Under the pieces are notes generated by a model. It worked only from the letters and a program-made list of their open reading frames with translations. It was not told the origin of the DNA and ran no database searches. A DNA stretch of 64,000 nt from Macrostomum lignano (Eukaryota), in the NCBI GenBank assembly GCA_002269645.1, contig NIVC01001172.1, forward strand, positions 66,507 to 130,506, given 5' to 3'. Made by a program: the position numbers and the translations under genes. Each line of letters begins with the position of its first letter. Within the stretch, counting starts at the first letter, position 1. Of the stretch, positions 1-12,668 are shown piece after piece.

Positions 1-1324
1 ATAAATATATTGTTTCAATACTTTTTTTAATCTTCAAGACTTCATTAAATACTTTCCTTAAATTTAGACCTAGATGCAAAGTTGCATCTTGGTTTTCATA
101 TTTTCATCTATTTTTAAGCTTAAAATGCAAGCTTGCATCTACATTTTTAGAAAAAAACCCTAGCCATGAGGCCCCTATTGCAACCCCAGAGGCCTAACCT
201 AACTTTGCTTTATTTTGTTCTAGGCCTAGGCCTATGCCCTATTCAAGCCACTAAATTCTATAGGCCTAAGCTATCTTCCCTAGCTGCCTAAATGCATTTA
301 GCTGTATCTGTATCAGTGTATTTTAAGGCTAAGCTTGAGTTAAGGTTTGCTTGCATGCTTGACATGGCACTCAAATCTTTTTTAGATTCACCCCAAAATT
401 GCAAAAATAGGCCAAACAAACATGGCTTAATACAACATATTTTAGCATATTTTGACAAGATAGCCATATGCCTAGAGGCAAAGCCCCTTCTAGCATCTAT
501 GGGGCCTAAATAGATCTTAAATTCTTAATGAAAACACTTTAATGTATTAAGAGCTGTTTTTAAATTTATTAATTATGAAAAACCCCAAATAACAGCCAAA
601 GTAATAAATAAGACTAACACTAGACTAGAGCAGTCAAAACATTTTTACAGTATATTACTATACCTAGGCAATAAAAATAAATGTCTTTTAGGAAATTTTA
701 GGAAATGTTGTAACTTATAGCATCTGTTTATGAAAAAATATAACATAAACATCAATAACTCACCTTTTAATCCAGAATCAGTAAAGAATGCCAAGTTGCG
801 AAGTGAAGTGAGAGGAACACGTAACACCCGGAATAACAAAAAACATGGGCCAAGTGCTTATTAGTATATTGCATTAAATAGCGTTAACATGTTGTAATAA
901 ACCATTCTGTAAGATTTTTAATTTTTTGTGGCTTTTTTAATAACAGAATTTAACCACGAAAACAAATTTTTGACAGAAATTCAAATTTTTAATGTTATAT
1001 AATTCCGTGGATATTATTAATAAACAATGTGAAGAATTGCAACATGTACGTTATTTATTATTTAGTTTTTGCGAAAGCTAGAAAAATTATAAGAAGCACC
1101 AATAAATTCAGCAATCGGTGACTTCAACTTTAGCTACTCTCTTTGTAGAAAAAGCTTAGCAAAGCTTTAGAAAGTGTCACTTTTTAAAAGCCGTTTTGGC
1201 ACTAAAACAAAAGATTCGGTCACCTTGATAAATGTTAAGCAAAATTAGTTTCAACGTGTTTTGTAGTACATTTTTCACTTTTAAAGCAGATTCAACAGTC
1301 ATAGGCGCAGTTTTCGCTACTTTT

Positions 1325-2106
1325 AAGGTCATAAATCATTGCTTATGACCTGGTTTGACAGCCACCTGCGCCCACTCAGTGTTGAGACTGGCGCCAGATG
1401 GTCTGAGAAGATGCGGGCGGTAGCTTTTTTCTCATCATTTTTGACGAGCCATCAGATTTATGAGGTCAGGGTCTACTGTTCGTGTTCACTCAAGCGTGCG
1501 ACAGCTTTGACAGCTATGCGTTTTACCCCTAAAAGTTACTTTGGAATTAGCGATTATCGATTTCTCTTTACCATCTTCACTTTCTATTTAATGAGATCTT
1601 TCTAAAGATTTGTTTTCATTAATTTTTGTAATTCCCACGCGAAAGGTCATAAATCATAATGTAGCGATTTTGAGTGAGTTATGACCGCACCTTATGGCCC
1701 CGAGGGAACTGATCGGATCTTTTGGTCACGTAAGTTTGGGTGGCAATAAGCTCAGCAAATCAGAAAATTCGACGTCAGTTATAACAATCGGCTCAGCCAA
1801 TCAGCATCGAGGTGTTTCATTATAACAAATTGCGGTCCAGTTGTTGCGGCAATATAAACCGATGTTTTTGGCCCGTTCGGACTCAACCTTATTTTGGCGC
1901 CTCGGAAACTCCTTCTGACTCCCGGGACTCGACCTATTCCGGAGTCACGACTGTCGTCTCTTGATCCCCGGATTGCGATTCATCAGATCATCACCTGCTA
2001 GCTATCAGCAAAGACTATGTGATATCATCCCGGGCCTACAGCTACGAAGCACTGAGCCGATTCGGTCGCTGTGGATTACCTGGTCTCCGGCTGTGAGTTT
2101 CTGATT
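1325..2106. mobile_element. Possible remnant of a non-autonomous DNA element (paired palindromes and nested short inverted repeats)
   Basis: AAGGTCATAAATCAT is repeated directly at 1325 and 1643, each copy followed by the inverted TTATGACC. AATCGGCTCAG (1786) is inverted at 2052 and AATCAGAAA (1758) is inverted at 2098. No TSD or transposase was found. Confidence 0.25.
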
Positions 2107-3583
2107 GGTTGGGTGAGAGCTACCTGGACTTGCTTGATTGGGTGATTCCTTATCTGTCCCCTATTTCAGTGGCTGGATTAGGCGCACACTTTTGCTCAAT
2201 TTGCTCAGCAGTGCTGTTATTGAGGCAGTCATTCAATAATACTGTTAGTAGTCTGATACTCCAATTCAATCTGAAGTGTGAAGTGATTCAGTGAGAAGGT
2301 TAAATCTGACAGTTATTTTATCGGTTTTATTTCTTTGTTCGCCGATGGCTCAGAGGGGTAGCTAAGCTGGTAGGCGCCGGTCACTGTGGACTGGCAAAAC
2401 AGTTCTCAGTCGATCAATCTATCAAATCAGTTAGCAAAATTGCCAATAGTGCAAAATCGGCGCTAGAGATGTACTCATGTGCATGTGCACTCTCTAGAAT
2501 CGCCAAGCGGCTCGGGTAATGAATCATGCGGTTTCTGATGTTCGAGTTAGTCTATCATCAGCGCTACGAGAGGCTGGTTGGCGCGTTGAAGGCCAAAAGT
2601 ACAATTCCTCGTATTTAGCAATGTAATAGTACATGTAACTACCCCATAGTCTCGCCTCTGCAAGAATCCCCTGTACAAGTCCCCTCTGTACCTGCATGGC
2701 CAATGCGATCGAGTCCCAGCAGTGTCCCTTAACATCGGCTATGACTTCGAGATAGACAGCAAAAAGACACTAGTTGGCAGGTAAGTGCAAAGCCCCTTCT
2801 AGTCGGAAGCCCGATTTCGAGAGTCCCGGTGTGGTGAGCCAGGGCGCACGGGCTGGTGGCAGCAAGTTAGTTGATCTGCGGATTAGCTAATTTCTACTTT
2901 CAAAATTCTCCCTGCTCGTCTCTCGCTGTCCCTCTCTTAGCTATAGGACCTAGACTGCTCGCCACAGGATCAAGCTACCATGGGCCTGACCATCTGACAG
3001 GAGTGGGGGGCCAGGACTCTAATTGATTTATTTCTGAGACCTGAGGCCCGAAGGCTTTCTCTCCAAAAAGCCCGAAAAGGCCGAAATCCATCATGTATCA
3101 ATTACAGGAAATTGAGCGAATTTAAAATCATTTGTCTACGATTTTCAAACGATTGTAGCTCGCGACTAAGTGGAATACGTCATTATTAGCACATTGTGTC
3201 CGTTACCGACTGAGCAAAACACTTTTTTGAAAACGAATTGAAACGAAGCAGTCAAATCATGCTTATAGTAACCAAGAGATATACACCATTTTACATCAAA
3301 TTTTGAACAAATTCGAACTCAATTCAGACATTCACCATTGAGAATTCGGGTAGAGTTGAGAAGCTAAGCTAAGGAGGGGGGCTAAGCGTCTAGTTCTAAG
3401 TACAGTATGCTCGTATTGCAGCATTCTCTCAGAGCAGCTCGGCGGGTAAACGCGAATGACTCCTGGTTCGATTCCGTCCACGGCCACAATTTATAAATAA
3501 TTAATTAAAAATGCCAATAGAAGTACAGATTTAGCGGATTTAAAAGTACAGAATAGCGTAGAGCTTAGAAAACTTGCTAACAG

Positions 3584-3800
3584 AAACCTCGCTGCGGGAA
3601 AACCTCACTGCGGGAAAACCTCACTGCGGGAAAACCTCACTGCGGGAAAACCTCACTGCGAGAAAACCTCGCTGCGGGAAAACCTCACTGCGGGAAAACC
3701 TCGCTGCGGGAAAACCTCACTGCGGGAAAACCTCACTGCGGGAAAACCTCACTGCGGGAAAACCTCGCTGCGGGAAAACCTCGCGCGGGAAAACCTCCTG
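3584..3800. repeat. 16-bp minisatellite (CCTCACTGCGGGAAAA), about 13 copies
   Basis: Direct period-16 tandem repeat seen in the sequence. Confidence 0.95.
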
Positions 3801-5067
3801 CAGGAAATTCTCGTGCTCCCGTTTTGTATGCTAATTTGTATGTAACTTGTATTGTTCTACTGTTAGTAGCAAGGGATGCTATAATTACTTTGGAAAACCA
3901 TTTTGTAAAAAATGACAGATAAAAATAAATTCTCCAATTAATATTTTTTGCGAGACCAAACAAATTTTCGCCTTCCGAAACGTGATAATACATGTATAAC
4001 GATTAACAGCGTAAAACTATGTATATAGTGTTTCGATTATAACAACGGAAATTGTTTACAAAAGTTTGTAAATTTGTGCTAATTATAGAACTCCTTGTTC
4101 TGTATAAATAAGTAAAGGCTTTTCGCCAAAGACAGTCGCAACGGGCAACCACCAACAGCAACATTTTAAAGGACTTGCGAGTAGCGTCCTCTTTATATTG
4201 TTAATGGCCCTGAATGGAATTGTGCAAAGAAAAATAACTACGAGAGTCTAGAATGCTCCCACGTGACCATCATGAGACTATATAATGAAAAAATATAAAG
4301 AAAAAAACGTCAGTCAGTCAACGCTTATTTGCCCCTGTCAATGTCAGCAGCAGTCAAAAAGTCAATCATTCATGATATATTATAAGACCGCATTGTATAC
4401 CATAGCCTCTATAGAGTCCCTTGCTGGGTGTGTGTCAGCAGTTCAACTTTATATACGCAATGACTAAAGCAATGGAATCTAGGGGCCTGAGTCTCAATCC
4501 TTCAGCTGCACCCAACTAACTCAAATAATCCTAACCCCCACCCCCCTTATAGTGTTTGCTGACGCGCTGGGATCCGCAAGGCCTTTTGTGAGCCTCTTGC
4601 GTCAAGACCTGCCCCAAGCATCCACCGCGCCACACAGCGCACGCTAACTGAGCAAAACAGACCCTGATAACTCCAGGCTCCACACCTGCATAAACCAATG
4701 ACGGACATCAAAAAACTGGTTACAGAGGCGGCGGACACTCTTGTTCCGACAAAGACCAACCCCCAGCTGCGAAGATTTCAATCAATCACTATACAGGCGG
4801 CACACGGTGACATGTTGTTACTTAAATAGCTTGTCATTTATATGAAACCCTCGATTGTGTTTAGATCGCAAAAATAGCATTTTTTTATTCGGCGCGAAAA
4901 TTTCTGATGCGACATATTTTCATTGTGAAGCTGCACTGGCTCTTTGGTGCAAGTTTAACTTAGGGAGTAAAACTGACCGTCTGTCACCTGCCCCTGCTAT
5001 CTGCTAACTGCTATTCCATATCCCTCTCGTTTTCACCATTTTAATCTCATCTTCTCTCATCTTTCTT

Positions 5068-5497
5068 GCTCACCCCTCTCCCTCTCACCCCTCTCCCTCT
5101 CACCCTTTTCCCTCTCACCCCTCTCCCCCTCACCCCTCTCCCCTCACCCCTCTCCCTCTCACCCCTCTCCCTCTCACCCCTCTCCCTCTCACCCCTCTCC
5201 CTCTCACCCTCTCGCTCTCACCCATCTCCCTCTCACCCCTCTCCCTCTCACCCCTCTCCCTCTCACCCCTCTCCCTCTCACCCCTCTCCCTCTCACACTT
5301 CTCCTTCTCACCCCTCTCCCTCTCATCCCTCTCCCTCTCACCCCCTCCCTCTCACCCCTCTTACTTCACCCCTCTCCCTCTCACCCTTCTCCTTCTCACC
5401 CCTCTCCCTTCCCCTCTCACCATTCTCCTTCTCACCCCTCTCCCTTCCCCTCTCACCATTCTCCTTCTCACCTCTTTCCCTCTTCTCACCCTCTCTT
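5068..5497. repeat. Pyrimidine-rich 15-bp minisatellite (CTCTCACCCCTCTCC)
   Basis: Tandem repeat seen directly; it is the reverse complement of the array at 7545-7930. Confidence 0.95.
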
Positions 5498-6328
5498 TAA
5501 CCTGAAACACAGCTCAGCCACCTCACCGCATTAGAAAAAGAGGATTTGAGACAGAGATTCGGTACTCAAGCTGATTCTCATTCAGGGGTCTCTCTACTGT
5601 CATCCCCCTCTCTCATACACTCACCTCCCCTCGTCCCTTACCCTCATCCCTCAACTCCGATAAAAGTTGCTCCTATTTTGATTTATTGCAGCCCGTGCAA
5701 GAGGAGTAGCTGTGCGACACCTTAAAAACTCGATAGTGGAACCCCCTCCCCCCAGAAAATGGATGCGAGCATATTTTAATTCCCCTGGGGAGTCTGCGCG
5801 ACCCGGCTGAGCAACCTGTTGACTTTTTAATAGCAGCAGCTTGCGGGCTCTATAGAACGAGTTTTTGGGATGCCTCAGACTCGATCTCCAATGGATCGAG
5901 CTGTCGGGACAAAGATTGAAGCTTTCTATATTATGAGCTACCACTCAGATGCTAGCTAGGGGGAGTGAAAATAGATCAATTAGACAAATTAAGTCTTTGT
6001 TGCAAATTTTAACTCTGATAAAAGCGCTATAACTTATTCTGTATTAGCGGCATCAGCTATGCATCATAAATAATTGACGGAAACCATGCAGCGTTCTCCT
6101 TAGAGATTTGTAGATGGATGATGGAGAGAGTGAGAGAAGGAGAGGGGCGAGAAGGAGATGATAAGAAGATGATGATGAGGGAGAGGATGAGGGAGAGGAT
6201 GAGGGAGATGATGAGGGAGAAAATGAGGGAGAAGATGAGGAATAGGAAGAGGGAGAGTATGAGGGAGTGGATGAAAGGGAGAGTTAGAGGGAGATGATGG
6301 GGGAGAGGAAGAGGGAGATGATGAGGTA

Positions 6329-6785
6329 CAGGGGGGGGACAGGGGGGACATGTCCCCCCCAGTAAAAGCTCTGGGGGGGACATGCCAATGCTTTGTCCCC
6401 CCCACCCCACCTTGTGGCCCGTTGTGGAAATCAATAATTTTGCTGTATGGCGACAAAACATAGCGCCTGCGGCGCTAAAATGAGTGCTCTGGCGCTAAAA
6501 TGAGTGCTCTGGCGCTAAAATGAGTGCTCTGGCGCTAAAATGAGTGCCCGCGGCGCTAAAATGAGTGCCTGCGGCGCTAAAATGAGTGCCTGCGGCGCTA
6601 AAATGAGTGCCTGCGGCGCTAAAATGAGTGCCCGCGGCGCTAAAATGAGTGCCTGCGGCGCTAAAATGATTGCTGACAACACCGATTCTGAAAAGAATGT
6701 ACCAGTACATGTAGGAATTTAGTCATGTACATGTTGAATTCTTGGCTTTGTCCCCCCCACCATAAAATCCATGGCGACGCCCCTG
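6329..6785. mobile_element. Non-autonomous hAT-like DNA transposon (MITE) with 8-bp TSD
   Basis: Termini are CAGGGG...CCCCTG, flanked by an exact ATGAGGTA duplication (6321-6328 and 6786-6793). An 8-bp TSD with CAG...CTG ends is typical of the hAT superfamily. Internal GGGGGACA/TGTCCCCC palindromes are present. Confidence 0.8.
6462..6667. repeat. 21-bp tandem array (GGCGCTAAAATGAGTGCCTGC) inside the MITE, about 10 copies
   Basis: Direct tandem repeat beginning at the hairpin AGCGCCTGCGGCGCT. Confidence 0.95.
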
Positions 6786-7544
6786 ATGAGGTAGGTAGTG
6801 GATGAAAGGGAGAGTATGAGGGAGTGGATGAAAGGGAGAGGATGAGGGAGTGGATGAAAGGGAGAGGATGAGGGAGTGGATGAAAGGGAGAGTATGAGGG
6901 AGTGGATGAAAGGGAGAGGATGAGGGAGTGGATGAAAGGGAGAGGATGAGGGAGTGGATGAAAGGGAGAGGATGAGGGAGTGGATGAAAGGGAGAGGATG
7001 AGGGAGTGGATGAAAGGGAGAGGATGAGGGAGTGGATGAAAGGGAGAGTATGAGGGAGTGGATGAAAGGGAGAGGATGAGGGAGTGGATGAAAGGGAGAG
7101 GATGAGGGAGTGGATGAAAGGGAGAGGATGAGGGAGTGGATGAAAGGGAGAGGTGTCGCGGGTGAGGAGGCGATTGAAACACCGAGAAACTGCTGTAAGA
7201 GTTCTTTAGAGGTGGCAGCTGCTGCCCTACAATACACTGGCGCATGCGAGATACCTCAAACTTTATTCAGCGTTTGTTTAACCCTGGCCACACCGGAACT
7301 CAAGCTGTTTCGCAAGCAGAAGACAGGCAAGCTGCTTCAAAATTGATCAATCTTAGCTCTGTCGTGAGTCACGCGAATTAAAGGCGTGTCACAATCGAAT
7401 CACGTGATTATCTATAGCTTTGAAATATGGCTTGCAGATTGTACGCTAGTACTTATCTTGAATTCATGTATCATACTTAGAAAAAGGAGGCTTTCAATAC
7501 TAATAAATTAAGTTACAATTTGTTTATGACAGTGGGAAGGGTTA

Positions 7545-7930
7545 TAGGGAGAGGGGTGAGAGGGAGAGGTGTGAGAGGGAGAGGGGTGAGAGGGAGAGGG
7601 CTGAGAGGGAGAGGGGTGAGAGGAGAGGGACAGGGGTGAGAGGGAGAGGGATGAGAGGGAGGGGGTGAGAGGGAGAGGGGTGAGAGGGAGAGGGATGAGA
7701 GGGAGAGGGGTGAGAGGGAGAGGGGTGAGAGGGAGAGGGGTGAGAGGGAGAGGGGTGAGAGGGAGAGGGGTGAGAGGGAGAGGGCTGAGAGGGAGAGGGG
7801 TGAGAGGAGAGGGACAGGGGTGAGAGGGAGAGGGATGAGAGGGAGGGGGTGAGAGGGAGAGGGGTGAGAGGGAGAGGGGTGAGAGGGAGAGGATGAGAGG
7901 GAGGGGGTGAGAGGGAGGGTGAGAGGGAGA
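7545..7930. repeat. Purine-rich 15-bp minisatellite (GGAGAGGGGTGAGAG)
   Basis: Tandem repeat; reverse complement of the unit at 5068-5497. Confidence 0.95.
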
Positions 7931-8489
7931 ACTAAGGGTGAGATTGGCAGGAGGTAAAGAAGAAGGTTGGCAGTAGATGGGGGGAGTAGAGCAGGAGTGA
8001 GTGAGTTAGCAGATATCACAGATATCAGGAGCAGAGGCTGAGACAGAAGGGGACTGACAGAATTCGTTTCCCCCAGCTGCAGAAACCAGAAGCAATCAGG
8101 CGGCAGTGTGAGTTTAAAGAGTCAGTCAATACTCTGGCACCGAACGGCCGAGGCTGGCCATGCGTTGCGCAATGCTTATCTTCTACGCAACCAACTGATA
8201 CGGGGAGGCCGATGGATCAGCCAATATCGTGGACCCCTGGGGGGGGAGGGAGAACTGGTGTTTCAGTTGGAATTTTGGCTATTCAGCCAAAGTCGAAACA
8301 GAAGGCGCGAAGTTTTGAGCGGCATAGTTACCAATGGTTACCAATGCCCCATTGGGGCTCGCTGACATGGGGTTTGTAAAATATGTCTCTGAATAAGCAG
8401 CGACTGAAGAGGCGTGTGAGAGAGGGAAAAAGAGACACACAGAGAATTAATAGGAACATGAATAAGGGAGAAGGAGAATTTGGAGGGGG

Positions 8490-9145
8490 ATCAGACAGAA
8501 AGCATCAGAGAAGGGAATCAGGGAGGGGGGACCAGAGAGGGGGAATCAGAAGGGAAATCAGTGAAAGAGGATCAGAGATGGAAATCAGAAAGGGGAAATC
8601 AGTGAAAGGGAATCAGAGAGAGAGAATTAGTGGGGGGGGAAGCAGAGATGGGGAAGCAGAGAGGGGAAGCAGAGATGAGAAGCAGAGATGGGGAAGCAGA
8701 GAGGGGTGAGCAGAGAGGGGGAATCAGTGAGAGGGAATCAGTGAGGGGAAATCAGTGAGAGGGAATCAGAGATTCGAATCAGAGGCGGGGAAGCAGAGAG
8801 GGGGAATCAGAGATGGGGAAGCAGAGAGGGGGGAGCAGAAAGGGGGAATCAGAGATGGGAATCAGAGAGGGGAATCAGAGAGGGGGAATCAGAGAGGGGG
8901 AATCAGAGAGGGGGAATCAGAGAGGGGGAATCAGAGAGGGGGAATCAGAGAGGGGGAATCAGAGAGGGGGAATCAGAGAAGGGGAATCAGAGATGCGAGT
9001 CAGAGACGGGGAAGCAGAGAGGGAAAGCAAAGAGGGGAATCAGAGACGGGGAATCAGAGACGGGGAAGCAGAGAGGGGAAGCAAATAGGGGAATCAGAGA
9101 TGGGAAATCAGAGAGGGAGGAATGAGAGATTAGGAATCAGAGACA
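8490..9145. repeat. Purine-rich minisatellite (GGGGAATCAGAGAGG-type)
   Basis: Tandem copies of about 15 bp seen directly. Confidence 0.9.
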
Positions 9146-9876
9146 GACAAATCAAGTAACGCTTAGCCACAATTCTTTCCGGGAATTCTGTGTAACATTT
9201 TTATGTTCAGTCTCCGATTGCCAGGCGCAACAAGCTCGTCCGCTCGTACAGCAAAATAACTTTCAGGTCACAAAGTTCAGAGCTTGAGCTGTGCCCTCGA
9301 GTGAGCACAGATACTAACAGATAGCGCCGACAGAAAACTTTTTTTGCTACATGTTTTTCGTTTCAAACCCGATAACTGAGACAAACAACACTACAAATAA
9401 TAAGGTCAGTTTTAAAGAATGGTGAGATTTTAAACCAATTCTGCGCAAACGCAAACTGTACAGATTTGCTTAAATGATTAGAAATGTCTGCAAAATCGAC
9501 CTGCACCGAAATTGTACTGTTTTTAAAACCGGCAGCGTAGAAAATCCGATAATTAGTCTACTATAAGTAAACTAAAGGAAAATTACAATTAATTTATGTC
9601 CCAGCCAGATCTTCCTATTGGCTGTCGGCGAATAAGAATCGGGATTGGTGAAAACTCTTTATTAAACCGCAATAGAGAGGAGTCAGGGGAGGGGAGAGAG
9701 AGAGAGCTGAGCCCGAGCAGGAGGTGAAGCAATCAATTTTGCTGAGGAAAATTTGTAGCCTACAAATTTGGAGCAGATGTCAGTGGCTAAGCCTGGGCCG
9801 CTTTCACCTGATACTCGCTCACTCAGCCATTCTAGTCAGGGCAGCCGCTTAAATATAATTTCAATTTTAAATCGTC

Positions 9877-10024
9877 ATGATTAAAAGTCAGTCAACTCAT
9901 CAGGCCTCGGCTGTGGGCTCCGTGCCGGTTGTAGTCAAGTGCACCAGGTTCGACGCGGCTCAGGCGGTTCACTGGATCCCGGCGTGTGACAGCGGCGACT
10001 CATTCTCATCAGACTCGGATTCTG
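9877..10024 (+). CDS. Candidate first coding exon of the RasGAP gene (MIKSQSTHQASAVG...DSDS)
   Basis: ATG-initiated GC-rich ORF ending at a strong donor TCTG|GTGAGT in phase 1, compatible with the phase-1 acceptors at 13967 and 32235. No homology was recognised. Confidence 0.4.
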
Positions 10025-10029
10025 GTGAG

Positions 10030-10527
10030 TCTATGACTAAGTCTGTGACCGACTCTGTCTATGATCGATCCTGTCTATGACCGATTCTGTCTATGACCGA
10101 TTCTGTCTATGATCCATTCTGTCTATGACCGATCCTGTCTATGACCTATTCTGTCTATGACCCATTATGTCTCTGACCCATTCTATCTTTGACCCATTCT
10201 TTCTATGACCCATTCTGTCTATCACCCATTCTGTCTATTACCGATTTTGTCTATGATCCATTCTGTCTATGACCGATTCTGTCTATGACAGATTCTGTCT
10301 ATGACCGATCCTGTCTATGACCTATCCAGTCTATGACCTATTCTGTCTATGACCCATTCTTTCTATGACCCATTCTGTCTATCACCATTCTGTCTATTAC
10401 CGATTCTGTCTATAACCCATTATGTCTATGACCTATTCTGTCTATGACCCATTCTGTCTATTAATGATCCTGTCTATGACCCTTTCTGTCTATGACCAAT
10501 TCTGTCTATGACCAATTCTGTCTATGT
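10030..10527. repeat. 16-bp minisatellite (CTGTCTATGACCCATT)
   Basis: Tandem repeat starting immediately after the donor at 10025. Confidence 0.95.
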
Positions 10528-11420
10528 CCTAGTAGCCATTTGCATGCCACCGGCACTTCGTAATTAAGTCGCTGCATCGTATTTCCTCCTACCTTCCCTA
10601 GCCACGAGTTCCTTGCTTTCAAGCTAAAAATAGCAAGCATTTCCTCAATTTCCTTTTGTTTTCATAGCTTGCATCTATCACGGCTCTCACGGCTTGAATG
10701 CTTCTGAGAGATAGAAAGTACTTTAGAAAAAAATGGAAAGCCTTCGCTTAATTTTCATGCATAAAAAATCTCGAAAAAAATCTTTTTTCTAAAAAATGTC
10801 AAGTGATTTTTTAATCATTTTTTTGACTTGCCGTTTTGATTGTTTCGAATAGCAACGAACAAAACATTTGAATTATTTTTGCTCATACGTTTTACGGTTC
10901 AATTTCAAACCAATAAAATCTGTGGCCGCCGCCTGTTATTGAAAAGTTCCACTCCAACCAACACTGCTCAGATGAACTCCAGCAATTCAAAATCCCGAGT
11001 CTGGTTGCTATGCGGGCAAAATTTCTGATTCCCAAAAGGCGCGGAGACTCCCGGCCTGAACTAACCTAATCGAGCTGATAATCTTTGCTTCGCCTGAGAA
11101 ATTTTTCTCTCTTGGACTTGGTCTGATATTCTCCGGGAGAAATTGAGTTAATCTACTTTTTCGCTCGCCCAGGAGACGGCTCTCTCGCTAGAAAAAGCAA
11201 TGAAGAAGTCGAACTAGATTTCCTCTGCAAGCGAAAGCGACACTGCAGGACCAAACTCGAATTTCTCATTTTTCTTCTTAGACAGGAATCGAAGAAAATT
11301 GAAGTCTATCTGAGTATTTTTAGTGCTGGCAGTTGTGGCACAAGCGAACTTTGCTGAATAAGAGTTCACTGACAACTGACTCATTCCATTGCTGCTGGCA
11401 GGAATTTAAAATAATAAAAA

Positions 11421-12668
11421 GCACACAGACTGAAGTATGAGCACACAGACTGGAGTATGAGCACACAGACTAGAGTATGAGCACACAGACTGGAGTATGA
11501 GCACACAGACTGGAGTATGAGCACACAGACTGGAGTATGAGCACACAGACTGGAGTATGAGCACACAGACTGGAGTATGAGCACACAGACTGGAGTATGA
11601 GCACACAGACTGGAGTATGAGCACACAGACTGGAGTATGAGCACACAGACTGGAGTATGAGCACACAGACTGGAGTATGAGCACACAGACTGGAGTATGA
11701 GCACACAGACTGGAGTATGAGCACACAGACTGGAGTATGAGCACACAGACTGGAGTATGAGCACACAGACTGGAGTATGAGCACACAGACTGGAGTATGA
11801 GCACACAGACTGGAGTATGAGCACACAGACTGGAGTATGAGCACACAGACTGGAATATGAGCACACAGACTGAGAGGGGAGCATACAGACTGGAGTATGA
11901 GCACACAGACTGGAGTATGAGCACACAGACTGAGAGGGGAGCACACAGACTGGAATATGAGCACACAGACTGGAGTATGAGCACACAGACTGGAGTATGA
12001 ACACACAGACTGGAGTATGAGCACACAGACTGGAATATGAGCACACAGACTGGAGTATGAGCACACAGACTGAAGTATGAGCACACAGACTGGAATATGA
12101 GCACACAGACTGGAATATGAGCACACATACTGAAGTATGAGCACACAAACTGGAGTATGAGCACACAGACTGGAGTATGAGCACACAGACTGGAGTATGA
12201 GCACACAGACTGGAGTATGAGCACACAGACTGGAGTATGAGCACACAGACTGGAGTATGAGCACACAGACTGGAGTATGAGCACATAGACTGGAATATGA
12301 GCACACAGACTGGAGTATGAGCACACAGACTGGAATATGAGCACACAGACTGGAGTATGAGCACACAGACTGGAGTATGAGCACACAGACTGGAGTATGA
12401 GCACACAGACTGGAATATGAGCACACAGACTGGAATATGAGCACACAGACTGGGAGGGGAGCACACAGACTGGAGTATGAGCACACAGACTGGAATATGA
12501 GCACACAGACTGGAATATGAGCACACAGACTGGGAGGGGAGCACACAGACTGGAGTATGAGCACACAGACTGGAATATGAGCACACAGACTGGGAGGGGA
12601 GCACACAGACTGGAGTATGAGCACACAGACTGGGAGGGGAGTACACAGACTGCAATATGAGCACACAG
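11421..12668. repeat. 20-bp minisatellite (GCACACAGACTGGAGTATGA), about 62 copies
   Basis: Highly homogeneous period-20 array. Confidence 0.98.

Larger units (their letters stand above)
6120..7152. repeat. Purine-rich minisatellite (GAGGGAGTGGATGAAAGGGAGAGGAT-type), interrupted by a MITE
   Basis: Degenerate copies lie at 6120-6328 and regular copies at 6794-7152, on either side of the insertion. Confidence 0.85.

Noticed and set aside
3440-3490. Isolated B-box-like GGTTCGATTCC (similar ones at about 27778 and, reversed, about 36373)
   Set aside because: No convincing A box, cloverleaf or shared body; at most decayed SINE or tRNA scraps.
6783-6808. Hammerhead ribozyme cores (CTGATGAG...GAAA here; GGCCGAAA at about 3078; CTGATGA in the 61403-62028 array)
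   Set aside because: No stem II or flanking stems can be formed, and the motifs are explained by a TSD junction or a satellite.
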